Below are positions 25,201-36,793 of a DNA stretch of 64,000 nucleotides, piece by piece. The stretch is from Azolla caroliniana. Its lineage: Eukaryota > Plantae > Polypodiophyta. How positions within the stretch are numbered: position 1 is the stretch's first letter; each line of letters begins with the position of its first letter. The position numbers and the translations under genes are program-made. The notes below the pieces were generated by a model. It was not told the origin of the DNA. It worked only from the letters and a program-made list of their open reading frames with translations, and made no database searches. The stretch spans positions 23,994,001-24,058,000 of the forward strand of contig JBHGNT010000002.1 of the NCBI GenBank assembly GCA_043228905.1. The letters are read 5' to 3'.

Positions 25201-26461
25201 GGTCAAAACTCGATGAGTAGATTCTTGGGGTTGTCGATATCAGACTTCTCTTGTTCTCCAATCTATGTCTGGATTATGTAGTTCAAACCAAGGTAATCCC
25301 AGGACAATGGGATGCTCTGGACTACTAATTATATTAAATGATACTACACATACAAAACTACCTAGGACAACCTGAATGGGTTCTAACTCCTCTACAATTT
25401 TCCCGAAAGCAATGGGACAACCATCAATGACTACTACAGATGCGGGGCAAGGAAGTTTTCTTAAGGATATCTGAGAAGCTTGGGCAAAATTTCGATCCAT
25501 GAAACAGGAATTGGCTCTGGAATCTAAAAGTGCTAGGACTTGTACTGGGGGAGTACTTTTAGTACTAACCATGACTTGGGCTAGGAACACATTGCTAACT
25601 TGCTTGGAGGGAATGGAACCACTACTGGGCTGTACAGATCTAGGGCTGTCCAACCAAACGGCTCCTATTTTGGCTGGACTCAATCGTTTAACTCTTCATC
25701 TAATTGACTAAGGATTTCAAATTTGTTTGAGATACTTGGGCTATTAGTACTATTAATACTATCAGACACTCCTAAGGGAAAAATTGACTCGGGTTTAGTA
25801 CAGGCTACGAGTTGATTTACCTGTCTTCTTGGACTATGGGGACAATTGATTGCGATATGCCCTAGTCCACCACAATACAGACATAATCGATTTGCACGGC
25901 GTCGTTGCTTTTCTTCTTCCGATAACGGGCCACGTCGACGCATGGTGTCAATCTCCATCGGTGTCAGAGTATTTGCTTGGGGTACGTCCCGTGCGAATGC
26001 TTTCGCCGCGACTGAGGCGTATGTGGGCTCCGGCCTAGAGTGTGGTATTTGTAATTGACGTTTGGAATGTCGTTCGAAAAGGTGGTTGTCACATCGGACC
26101 ACTCGACTAATTGCCTCCGTAAGAGATTTTGATTCTTCGGGGAAGGTTAAAAGTAAATCTTTTACATTGTTTTGCAGGCAGTAGCGAAACTGCTCCATTA
26201 GTGCCTGATCATCCCAGGGAATATCGGAGGCGAGTAGACAGACATCCGCCACGTAGCCAGAGGCTGGACGATCACCTTGACACAATTGTCGGATCTTGTT
26301 GATCGTCGTCCTGATGTTGTCGGTGTCTCCAAAGCAGGCTTTAAACTCACTAATAAAATCTTCAAAGTTATTAAGCAAGGGCGATTGTTTTTCTAGAAGC
26401 GGAGTGAACCATGCTAAGGCTGAGCCGCTAAGCAACGTGCCTATTAGGCCAACTCGGGATG
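22280..26461 (-). pseudogene. chromovirus gag-pol (gag 5' part at 35933-36273); RT core internally deleted
   Basis: [18 protein letters not shown] and [16 protein letters not shown] jump to [13 protein letters not shown] with no YxDD motif. Also EADASDFA, NYEIHDKELLA, IISDRGPQF, HPQTDGQAER. Confidence 0.92.
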
Positions 26462-27115
26462 CATCATGTTGTCCAGAGGACAGAAATGTAAAATTAGGAA
26501 ATTAGCAAATGCCGAGTCCGAGTATCACGGGCCACCGACAGCTCAGCTGTGTATTAGGGGAAACGTTATTTAAACGAAGACCAGTACTTCAGAGCAGGGG
26601 AGAAGAAAAATATAGGCGGAAGCACTAGCTGAGTCCCTCGTAACTAGATAATCTTGTATGGTCACCGACCGTAGGCCGTGTTCTGTAATCCTTTTTCTGT
26701 CGCAGTAATATATCTGATTTGTGCCCAGTTTGCTCCATGTGTCTGTGCTTTGATTCATACCTATGATTTCAGCGCCGCCCACGCCTATCAAGATCTCGCT
26801 AGTGTTTTATCTTTGAGCATTGTCTCTCTCACGACGCCTCTGTTACGAGCCTTCACGTACCACGCCCTTGAATACCGATAGCCGCAGATCTATCGAAGGT
26901 GTTGACCCAAAGGAACGGGTAACACAATTTGGCACGCCCGGTTACAGTTGTGAGTGCATAGCGAACTTCGTTGAAGGTAACCACCAGCCGCCGTTACGGC
27001 GCCCTCTCGCACCACAAGGTCTCGGCCACCCGCTCGACACCCTGAGCCAGTCGAAGGAACTTCCGAGTCGGCGGTCACTGACCAATCCTTTCCTGAGCAA
27101 TCTGAGGCTTCCCTA

Positions 27116-30100
27116 GTGCAATCCTCGCCATCGGACACTCGATCGCGAGTTGATGCACCACCAAAACCCCCGTCGAGCCCTCCGGAGGTCAATCAACCGG
27201 AACTAAACCCTTTTCCGGTGCTACCAAAAGACCCAGAGTACGATATCATGCCGTACCCATACCCACGATACACCGACGGACCAAACGCGGAGTCACACAT
27301 CCGTGCCTTCATATCCACGTGGCAGGCCAACCACTCAACGCACCGCCTCACGCCAGCCGAAATCGATGCCTCAAAGATTGCCGAGTTCACACTCTCCCTC
27401 GATGGACCGGCCGCACGATGGTACTCTCGCCTCGAAATAGGAGAGGCCACCACTTTCCAAATCGTGCGCACAAAGTTCCTTGAACTTTTTCATCGCGAGG
27501 TGCCTAAACGGGAACTGCTCCGACAATTCTTCTCTACATGCCAGGAACCGCACGAAACGGTCGCGCAGTTAACCATCGGGTTCCAGGATCTCTACAGACA
27601 AGTGGCCGATGATGTCTCGGCACAACATATACTAGACACTTTCCTATCCAGTTTACGAGAGCCTCTCCGAATGACTCTCGCACTTACAAATTTCGCCAAC
27701 CATACTATCGAACAAGTCATAGCGCGGGTTCTCGCCCTCGATGGAACCTAGCACGGCGCGGCCTTCTCGATGACATCCTTACAAAATGTTCTTCCCCAAG
27801 AGGACAATCTCTTTCGCCAAGCTCTCCAATGCACGACGTGTTTAGGATCAGGGCACCTGGCCCTCGAATGTCCCCACCGACCACAGTGTCCGATCTGTCA
27901 GTCTCGAGCTCACGCTGTCGAGCAGTGCGAATATAATATGCCGAACCGCACAACGGCGGCACCGGTCCGCCAGATCGAGCCACGAAATACATACTCTCGG
28001 CAGGACGAGCGATATGTCTACCGAGACCAGGATAACGACCGACCGCAATCCACGGATCGACGGCGCCTAGACGACGACTACTGACGTGATGAGCGCCGTG
28101 ATCATTATCGCGATGACCGGCACGACGATTATGCTCGATATGATCATTATCGCGATGACCGGTATGACCGACAGAACTCACGCATTGATCGGCGAAACGG
28201 CAACCGCAACACACGCAACAATAGAAGACCTAACGACAACCGCCGACGGGATGCTCCTCAAAATGACTAGCGCAACTCCAACGCACCTCAGAACAACCCA
28301 CCACCAAACGAGACCGAGAATCAACAACAACAACTTCCACACACAGACCGAGCGGACACCAGCAGCTCGACCAACGTTACATGTTTTAAATGTAACCAAC
28401 CAGGCCACTACGCCACGCAATGTCCAACAACCAAGCGTGGCAAGGCACCCGCGGTGAACAGTATCATGGCCGATGTTCAAATGGTCACTACCTAGAGTAA
28501 AGCACAGACTACTTAGTGGCAAATCCAGGATGAAGTCCGTCAGGCAGCAAAAGAATGGATCGACATGGCCAATAAAAATAATGTCGTGCGCATGCAAACT
28601 GACATGAGAGACGGGCCCAGTGAAGCACCACAAACCTCTGTACCATCCACGTTGTCGGAGGACGACCAGCTATGGGATGTTCTTACCAACTCCCACATCT
28701 CGCTGCCCCTACATAAACTGTTACCACTCATGCTGAGATTTCGGGACACCCTGGCGGCACTCCAGACCAATACTAAGCCCGTGACGCCACCGGTACACCT
28801 CACCGAAGCAGGAACCGGTCCACCACTCATGGATTCTCAAAACCTAGCCATGCGAATCATCATTAAGGGACAAGACCTGCACGGATGCATCATCGACGTC
28901 GGATCCGGCGTAAACGTTATTAGCAAGTCAACGTGTCACAACCTCCCCCTGAATCAATGGGAACCATGCCCCTTTTGGCTTCGGATGGCCGACACCCGCT
29001 CCGTTCGCCCCATTGGTTTAATCCTCCATCTCGACTTCACACTCGGAGGCCACATGTTCATGATCTCGGCCGTCGTGCTAAGACTGGAGACACAAGGCGC
29101 CTACCCAATGTTACTAGGTCGACCATGGCTGTGTACAACGAATATCAAGCAACATTGGCAACGCAACATGATCTTGTTCCGAAGAGGCAAGACAAAAGTC
29201 CGAATCATCACTGAAGAACGAGTCCCCGTTGCCCTCAACACTTTGCCGTTATACGCGGAAGGGGTCCATATGCTTGACGGTTTGGCCGATGAGGAGGTCG
29301 ATGAATTCATAGATGATCATCCCACGATCATCCCTCTCTTCGAAATCAATGCCTTACCAACCATCGGGCCACGTAAAGACGAGTGGTCCCAAAGAAGAAC
29401 GGAAAAATCCGCGTCTACGTCGACTATCGGAAGCTTAACGCGGCAACCGTCACCGGCGGTTTCCCTCTCCCATTCACGGACAGCGTCCTCGACATGGTAG
29501 CCGGCCACGAATGCTACAGTTTCCTCAACGGGTTCAGCAGCTATAACCAGATAAGAATGCACCCGGAGGATCAGGAGGAAACCGCTTTCGTCACGGAATG
29601 GGGTATTTTTGTAGCAGAAGTAATGATGTTCGGTCTAAAAACGGTGCCGGCTACGTTCTAGCGCATCATCACCGAAATCTTTCATGACTACATTCCGGCG
29701 TTCATGCAAGTTTTTCTTGACGATTTCGCCGTGTATGGCCATCGACGGGAACACATGACCTAGTTACGACTCTGCCTGGACCGATGTCGCCAAGCTCGAT
29801 TGAGCTTAAACTCGGCGAAATGCGCGTTCTTAGTCACCAGCGGCAACCTTCTCGGCCACATTGTCAGTCAAGAAGGCATTGCTATGGACCCGGATAAAGT
29901 AAAGGCAATCATGACCGCCACCGCACCCTCGAACGCTAAGGCACTAAGCCGTCACCTGGCCCTTCTTATTTGGTCAATAAACAAGCCCTCACCTGACGGT
30001 TGGCTCGGTGGATGCTCCCACTCCAAGAGTTTGATTTCCAGATTCAGCATCGACCCGGGGTACAACATGCCATCACCGACTACTTGAGCCGTCTTGAGTC

Positions 30101-31502
30101 AAGGGAACCGGCAAAAACAACGTACGACGAGCTACTGGACTGCAGCCTATTTAACCTGACCACGATACCAGACGATAACGAAGATGAATGGATCACGAAG
30201 ATGACCCATTTTCTCACTACCGGTTTTCCTCCCGAGCACATGCCCCTTGACACGAGAAAACGCCTACCAGTGCGTAGCCGGAATTTTTGCCTCGTCTCGG
30301 ACATTCTCTACCACAAAGGCTCAGACGACATATGGCGCCAAGTGATTCGGAAATTCGAGAAGAACGCCATTCTTCAGGAGGCCCACTAGGGAGTAGCTGG
30401 GGGGCACTATGCCGGGGATTCCACAGCAAGGAAAGTTTGGTAAAGTGGATTGTGGTGGCCGACAACGAAGAGAGACGCTCACGAGTTTTTCCGGCAGTGC
30501 GATTTGTGCCAACGACTGGGGCAACCAATGGAATAGTCACGCATGCCACACCAGCCGATTCTTCAGTTGGACCCATTTAAAAAATGGGGTTTGGATTTTG
30601 TAGGCCCTTTCAAACCACCCGCGGCCCGTACAGGGAATAGGTATATTATCGTTGCCACGGATTACTGCACCAAATGGGTCGAGGCTAAGGCACTCCGAGA
30701 CAACATGGCGGCATCCATGGCTAAATTCGTGTACGAGCACCTCTGGTGCCGTTACGAATGCCCAATCGAGCTCGTTAGTGACCAAGGTGGGCACTTCATC
30801 AATCATATAATACGTGAGCTTACACACCACTACGCGGTGGTGCACAAGAAAAGCACACCATACTATCCGTAGGCGAACGGCTTGGCGGAATCAACCAATA
30901 AAATCCTCCAAACCATACTGAAGAAGATCGTCAATGAAAACAGGACCGATTGGGATGACAAACTCCAGAGCGCGTTGTGGGCGTATCGTAGGACTTTCAA
31001 AACAAGCATCCAATCAACCCCCTTTCGAATGGCGTTCGGGTTAGAAGCCGTAATGCCCGTCGAGTTCCAGGTCCCGAGCCTCTGAGTTCAAATCAAGGTA
31101 CGGCTCCCTGAGGCCCAATCGGAGCAATACCGGCTGGAACAACTCCTCGAACTCGGCGAAGATAGGATAGAGAGTATGGCCCAGCTCGAACAACGCCAAC
31201 GACAACGCAAGGCTTTCGTGGATCGACATCGACACGGGCTGGAAAAGGAGCTCACCATCGGCAAACCGGTTCTTCTTTTTCAAACACGACTCGGGTCTAT
31301 GCCGGGAAAATTAAGATTTCGGTGGAACGGTCCATTCTGGATTATCGACGAGTTCAACGGGACGTTCCAGCTCGGCACACTCGCCGGCGACACTGTCAAA
31401 AGCTGGGCCAATGGTTTCCGACTTCGACCATATCGAGGCACTACACCACCCAACCTGTTTCGGGAAACCACCACGGAGGAGGCCACGTGTCCCCCTGAAT
31501 AA
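27116..31502 (+). pseudogene. gag-pol of nested gypsy element (stops, deletions)
   Basis: Zn knuckles CTTCLGSGHLALEC and CPICQSRAHAVEQC; IIDVGSGVNVI; VPKKNGKIRVYVDYRKLN; VFLDDF; WGLDFVGP; LVSDQGGHF. Confidence 0.92.
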
Positions 31503-32024
31503 GGACTCACCCACCTTCTTGAAATTAATAAAAGTAGTAGTAGGTAGGATTAACCATAGTTTAGCCACCGATTAGCTACACCTACACCACCCACCTAGGC
31601 ACCCACAAATTTAGGGGCACCCCTCGCCACCACTCATTTAGTACCTCTTTAAGCACATGCAAAGCAATAGAAGCACCCCACTCACCTTCAGGACACGTGG
31701 TGCTAGTCACTTATTATGGCACCCACGACTCAGAATCTTCAGGATTCGCTTCAGGCACAAAACCCTAGGAGTAAGTTACTAAAACCGTTTCCAAAACGCA
31801 GCACAGACACAGAAGTTCATTATCGCTCCCAATCTCCATCGCTCTCAAGCTCAGAAACCTTGTCTCGCTCTCATCGCTCTAAACGCTCTTGCTCTCAAGC
31901 CCTCTTTCGCTCTCATAGCCCCTCTGCTGAATTTCCCCTTCCTGTTGTTCCTGCTCTGTCTCGCCCTCGCCTCATCACTCTTCTTCACTCTTCCACACAG
32001 TCAAACCCCGTCTCCATCTCCACC

Positions 32025-35000
32025 ATGCCTCTTATCGCTTCAACAAAAACCCGCTCCTGGCTCCAGGAACGAGGAATGGGCGGTTACCTGAAGATCATCG
32101 ATGCCCCCGCGCACCCAGATGCCCAAGGTGTGGCTAAACGTATTTGTCTCGAAGCCATCACCAACAACGTGCTTCGGGCTGTTTTGGACCTGCAACGGGG
32201 AGGGGACCATGAGGTCGACATACCCACGGCATCGAAGATGAAAGAGTACTTCGGTGAGTACTCAACCGCAGGGAAGGCATATCGCACGTATGGCAGTCCC
32301 AATAGAGCTATCGGGGAGATTGCTCGTATATTGATGGAGTATGCGTTCGTGCATACAAACCCAACGAGCATGCCGCAGAACAAGGCAACCATCATCATCA
32401 GCGTGTATGAAGGAAACATAATCGATTGGGGAATCATCACAGGCGAAGGACTCCGCGCCGCCTTAGCTTCATTCCAGTCCGGTAAGAAGATGTTGTCTGT
32501 TCTTACCCACTTTTTGATGGTTCTATACATATCGCACGTATGGCAGTCCCAACAGAGCTTTCGGGGAGATTGCTCGTATATTGATGGAGTATGCGTTCCT
32601 GCATACGAACCCAACGAGCATGCCGCAGAACAAGGCAACCATCATCATCAACGTGTATGAAGGAAACATAATCGATTGGGGAATCATCACAGGCGAAGGA
32701 CTCCGCGCCGCCTTAGCTTCATTCCAGTCTGGTAGGAAGATGTTGTCTGTTCTTACCCACTTTTTGATGGTTCTATACCCACCCTCTTCTCTTCCTTCCC
32801 CTCGCACACTCACCTCCCCACCACCACCACGAAGGCAGATAGAGAAATTCGCTGCCATCAGCCACGAAGCATGGGAGGAGCCCACATCGCCTTCACCTCC
32901 TGCCGCCGACCAAAACCCCGCATCTGCACCACCACCCACCCAACCCCAACAAAAAAGGGCAGTTTCCGAGACCTGCCAAGAATGGGAGGAGGAGATAGCC
33001 GTAGAGGACAACACGACAGATGATGTCACCATTCGACAGCCAACGTCGCGCCCCTCGGTAACTTCCCCAGGGCCTAGCCCACACCCCAACACAAAGCATG
33101 TAGCACCACCATAACCCCAGAAACGGAAGCAGGCGGAGGAAACGACACTACCGGCCCCGGAACCCCAAACACAGCCGAGCAAGAAAAGACGACTGAACCG
33201 CGAGTCCTCGGCAGAATAGAAAGAGCCACAACAGGAGCAAGCCTTAGTTGTCAGATAGAGCAACCTGGCCATCATCCCTAAGGAGGCATCGCTGAACCAG
33301 GGAAAGATCGAGCATGGGCAGACAACACAGATCTCGGAGGATGAAGTCCTCGGGTATAAAGACCTCCCCGCGGAGGCTTACGAATTTAGTGCGCTCCTAC
33401 GCCTCGGTACGACATTCGAGCTAGTCGACTTCCTCGCTAGAGCCCAAGTCGCGGCAGTCGCTTGAATGGCGGAAGAGCATGCTGAAACAAAAATGATTCA
33501 ACGTGTGCTATTAGGTGAAATTGAGCCCCAAGACGACAGGGCTTTACAAAAAATAGGGAGAAAGAAGTAGGCAAAACAGGCCGCTCTCCTCATGGAGGTC
33601 CCCGAGTTGAACACGGCCCTTATCGGGGCATATAGAGACCTGGATCGCACTACGCGAGCAGCCAAAGACATGGCCCGAAAGATAAAAATAGCCCAAAAAC
33701 AGGCTAAGATGGCTACGGAATTATGGCACGCTGCGAAACAGAAGCTGGCAGCCTGGGAGCAAAACCGGCCGGAACAACAACTCTTGAGCCTTCCGGCCAC
33801 GACCACCGAGGCCCTCCTAGCCCCTCCACGCATAACAATGATGGATGAAAGCACCGTCACAGATTCAATCCTGATGATTCAGGCCAGCACACAAACAGAC
33901 TCGTTACAAATGGTCGATGCCTGCACAACAACCAAGGCGGCCACGCCCATGGAGAAGACCAAGATACCACCCCCTTGTCCACCCAAGGAGGTGGCAACCC
34001 AGACAGAACCCCCGCTCCGGGATTACCGAGCGGAGCTTAAAGAAGAACAACGATGAACCGAGAGACACGAACAACGGCATCAGGAGGCGATGGCTCGCCT
34101 AAAAGAAGAAGCTTCCAAGCAGATGGCCGAGATTAGAGCCCAGGCCGACCAAAGGATACACAAGCAGAACGAAGCACTGGGCCGGGTACAAGCGCAAGCC
34201 ACAGGCAAAGAAGCCGAACTCAAAAGCAAGTTGGAGGAATACGCAGCCACAGTGGCAAAGAAAGAGAAGGAGGTCCTAGACCTACAGGCCGCGCTCGATA
34301 ATGCGAAAGACTGGAACCACCGCCAGGAGGAAAGAAATCGCCAACGGGAGCAGAGAATGATCGCGGAGAATGCCGACCTGCAGAGTCAGCGTACGACCCT
34401 TAAAGAAATGGCTGACGAGTTTTTCATCAAATGCAAGCTACTTTCGGAGCAAAAAGACGAATTATCTAATTCCTACTTCACCCTACAAGAAGAGAGAATC
34501 GTCGAACGGGAACAAGTCCGGGCCGCGTGTCAAAAAGAAAGGGAGAAAGCTACCGAAGAACTCACCAAGCATTACGAGCAGTCTATCTAGCTCGTAACCG
34601 CGGATGCAAAGAACACTCAAGCCACCTATGAACTACTAGCAAAGAAGCTTCAGGCCGAGGTCGACGGCTTAAAACAGGAATTAGCAGCCATCCGAGCACA
34701 GCCCGACATGGATGAGACACGCATCAGAATACTGATCGAGAAACAGCGCCACCACCTTACCAAAAAGGTCGAGGAAACATTAAGTCGCGCAGGAGACGAA
34801 TGGGCAGCCCAAGCTGCCGGATTGCATATTTTACACGCCGACGCCGAGAACCGACAGAAGGAGGGCCGCGACTTTTACAAAATGGACGAAGCGAGCATAC
34901 AAAACTTGCGTGCAGATTTAACCGAGGATTACCAGTCCTTGGCAAAATCTCACACCGCGGCAATCGAGCAAATACTGGAGGACTTCAATGACGGTCAGAT

Positions 35001-35370
35001 GTTGTTTCGTCTAGAAGCAGAAGCCTTCGAACGAGAATGACTCGCAGCCATCCCAACCAGCCCTCCAACGGCCACAGAGCAGAAGGAAGAACCTTCCAGC
35101 GAGGGGATCACGGACACGGCACAGGAGGAACTTGCCCCGGCCAACAGACATCCCATGGATGCCCACACGGTACCAGATCCAGTCGAAGTAGAGGTCAGCG
35201 CCCTCGAACCCACACCCCCACCAGAAGAATCGGCCGCACCTGAGGCGGACGCCCGAGAAGATCTGACACCCCCGAACCAAACTCAACCCCCCGCACCGAC
35301 AGTCCACCCAGATCACCCTGCCACCACCCCGGACCCCGAAAACATCCTCGACATCTTAAAAGAGGAATGA
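32025..35370 (+). pseudogene. Extra ORF downstream of pol (~1030 codons; Pro-rich and long coiled-coil regions)
   Basis: ORFs starting at 32581, 33592, 34090, 34708 and 35155 share one frame and are separated by in-frame stops. A 250-bp duplication shifts the frame near the 5' end. Confidence 0.75.
32278..32777 (+). repeat. 250-bp tandem duplication
   Basis: 32278-32527 is repeated at 32528-32777 with few substitutions. Confidence 0.92.
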
Positions 35371-36343
35371 AACGAGGATCACGCCTAAAAGGCAATTTTT
35401 GTAATATTGTTAGTATTTTTGTAAGTCGTGGGTCCGACGGACAAGGTCCTATCCCACGGGCGTGCCAGGTGTTGTTCAGAGGACAGAAATGTAAAATTAG
35501 GAAATTAGCGAACGCCGAGTCCGAGTATCACGGGCCACCGACGGCTCGGCTGTGTATTAGGGGAAACGTTATTTAAACGAAGACCAGTACTTCAGAGCGG
35601 GGGAGAAGAAAAATATAGGCGGAAGCACTAGCTGAGTCCCTCATAACTAGATAATCTTGTAAGGTCACCGACTATAGGCCATGTTCTGTAATCCTTTTTC
35701 TGTCGCAATAATATATCTGATTTGTGCCCAGTTTGCTCCATGTGTCTATGCTTTGATTCATACCTATGATTTCAGCGCCGCCCACGCCTATCAAGATCTC
35801 GCTAGTGTTTTATCTCTGAGCATTGTCTCTCTCACGACGCCTCTGTTACAAGCCTTCACGTACCACGCCCTTGAATACCGATAGCCGCAGATCTATCAAA
35901 GGTGTTCACCCAAAGGAACAGGTAACACATCAGTGGGGTATCGGGAAGGATGCATTTGGATAACTAATCGTACCTGATTAATGAATCCCCTGAACTGCGA
36001 TCACGTTCCATCAAATTTCACAGGAACTCCAATCTTCGGCTCTTTATGAAATACTTGGGGACTTGATCCTTGTTGTTGCAATGTTGCTTCGAGTTGTTGT
36101 ACCCGTAACGCTAACTCCCCATGTTGTTGATGCATTTGTTGTTTTTCTAGAGCGATTTGTTGCAGATTCCCTATCAGCCGTTGGTTTTCTTGTTCCAAGG
36201 CAACAAATTTTTCTTTTAGGCACTGTAGCTCGGAGAAAACGGATTGATATTCTTGGGCGCTAACAGTAGCCATAGTAAAGGGAAAAGGGTAGGAGGATGA
36301 GGGAGAATGACAAGTAGGCTGCAGGAGGAAAATTGGTTCTAAC

Positions 36344-36793
36344 TGTCAAGAATAGTACTAAGCAGAGAGGAAATTAGTACTAAAGAAGAGAAGTACTATT
36401 AGTACTAAGAGGACGGGACTGCATAAGATTCCCGAGAGAGAGAGAGAGAGAGAGAGAGAAGAGAAGAGAGAGATAGCGAGGAAGTGAGAGAGAGAGATAA
36501 TGATAACAGCTAATATATTATGTGAAGGATAAGTACAAAATGGCTAAGAGACTTAAGACTGGCGTTGAACCAATTTGGTTCAACATAATGCCTAGTGCCT
36601 TCTTTTATAGTGTTCTCAAGAGTAATCCTGAAGCTTCTAGAATGTTCTAGAGAAATCTAGAATACACATTAATTTCCTATAATAAAACTTAAATGAAAAT
36701 AATATCCTACGTATTACAATAGATGGTATAATGGTCAAGAGCTCGAACCATATAACATAAGGTCATGGGTTCGAGTCTTGCCATATCCTGACA
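36344..36793 (-). repeat. 5' LTR of chromovirus
   Basis: Direct repeat of 21821-22268; TATAAAA on the minus strand at 36609-36603. Confidence 0.95.

Larger units (their letters stand above)
26467..35927 (+). mobile_element. Non-chromovirus Ty3/gypsy element (Athila/Tat-like) with 3' extra ORF
   Basis: 458-bp LTRs at 26467-26924 and 35470-35927. TSD CATCA at 26462-26466 and 35928-35932. PBS TGGCACGCCCG at 26930-26940 (tRNA-Arg-like). gag, PR, RT, INT follow in order. Confidence 0.93.
21821..36793 (-). mobile_element. Ty3/gypsy chromovirus (Tcn1/Tf1-like), degenerate, with a nested element
   Basis: LTRs at 21821-22268 and 36344-36793. TSD ATAGT at 21816-21820 and 36794-36798. PPT AGGGGGAGATAG. 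Order is gag (CLYCGGLGHIAINC), protease (LLDSRA), RT, RH, INT, chromodomain (YEVAAILD...YYVVDWLGY...TWEP). Confidence 0.95.
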
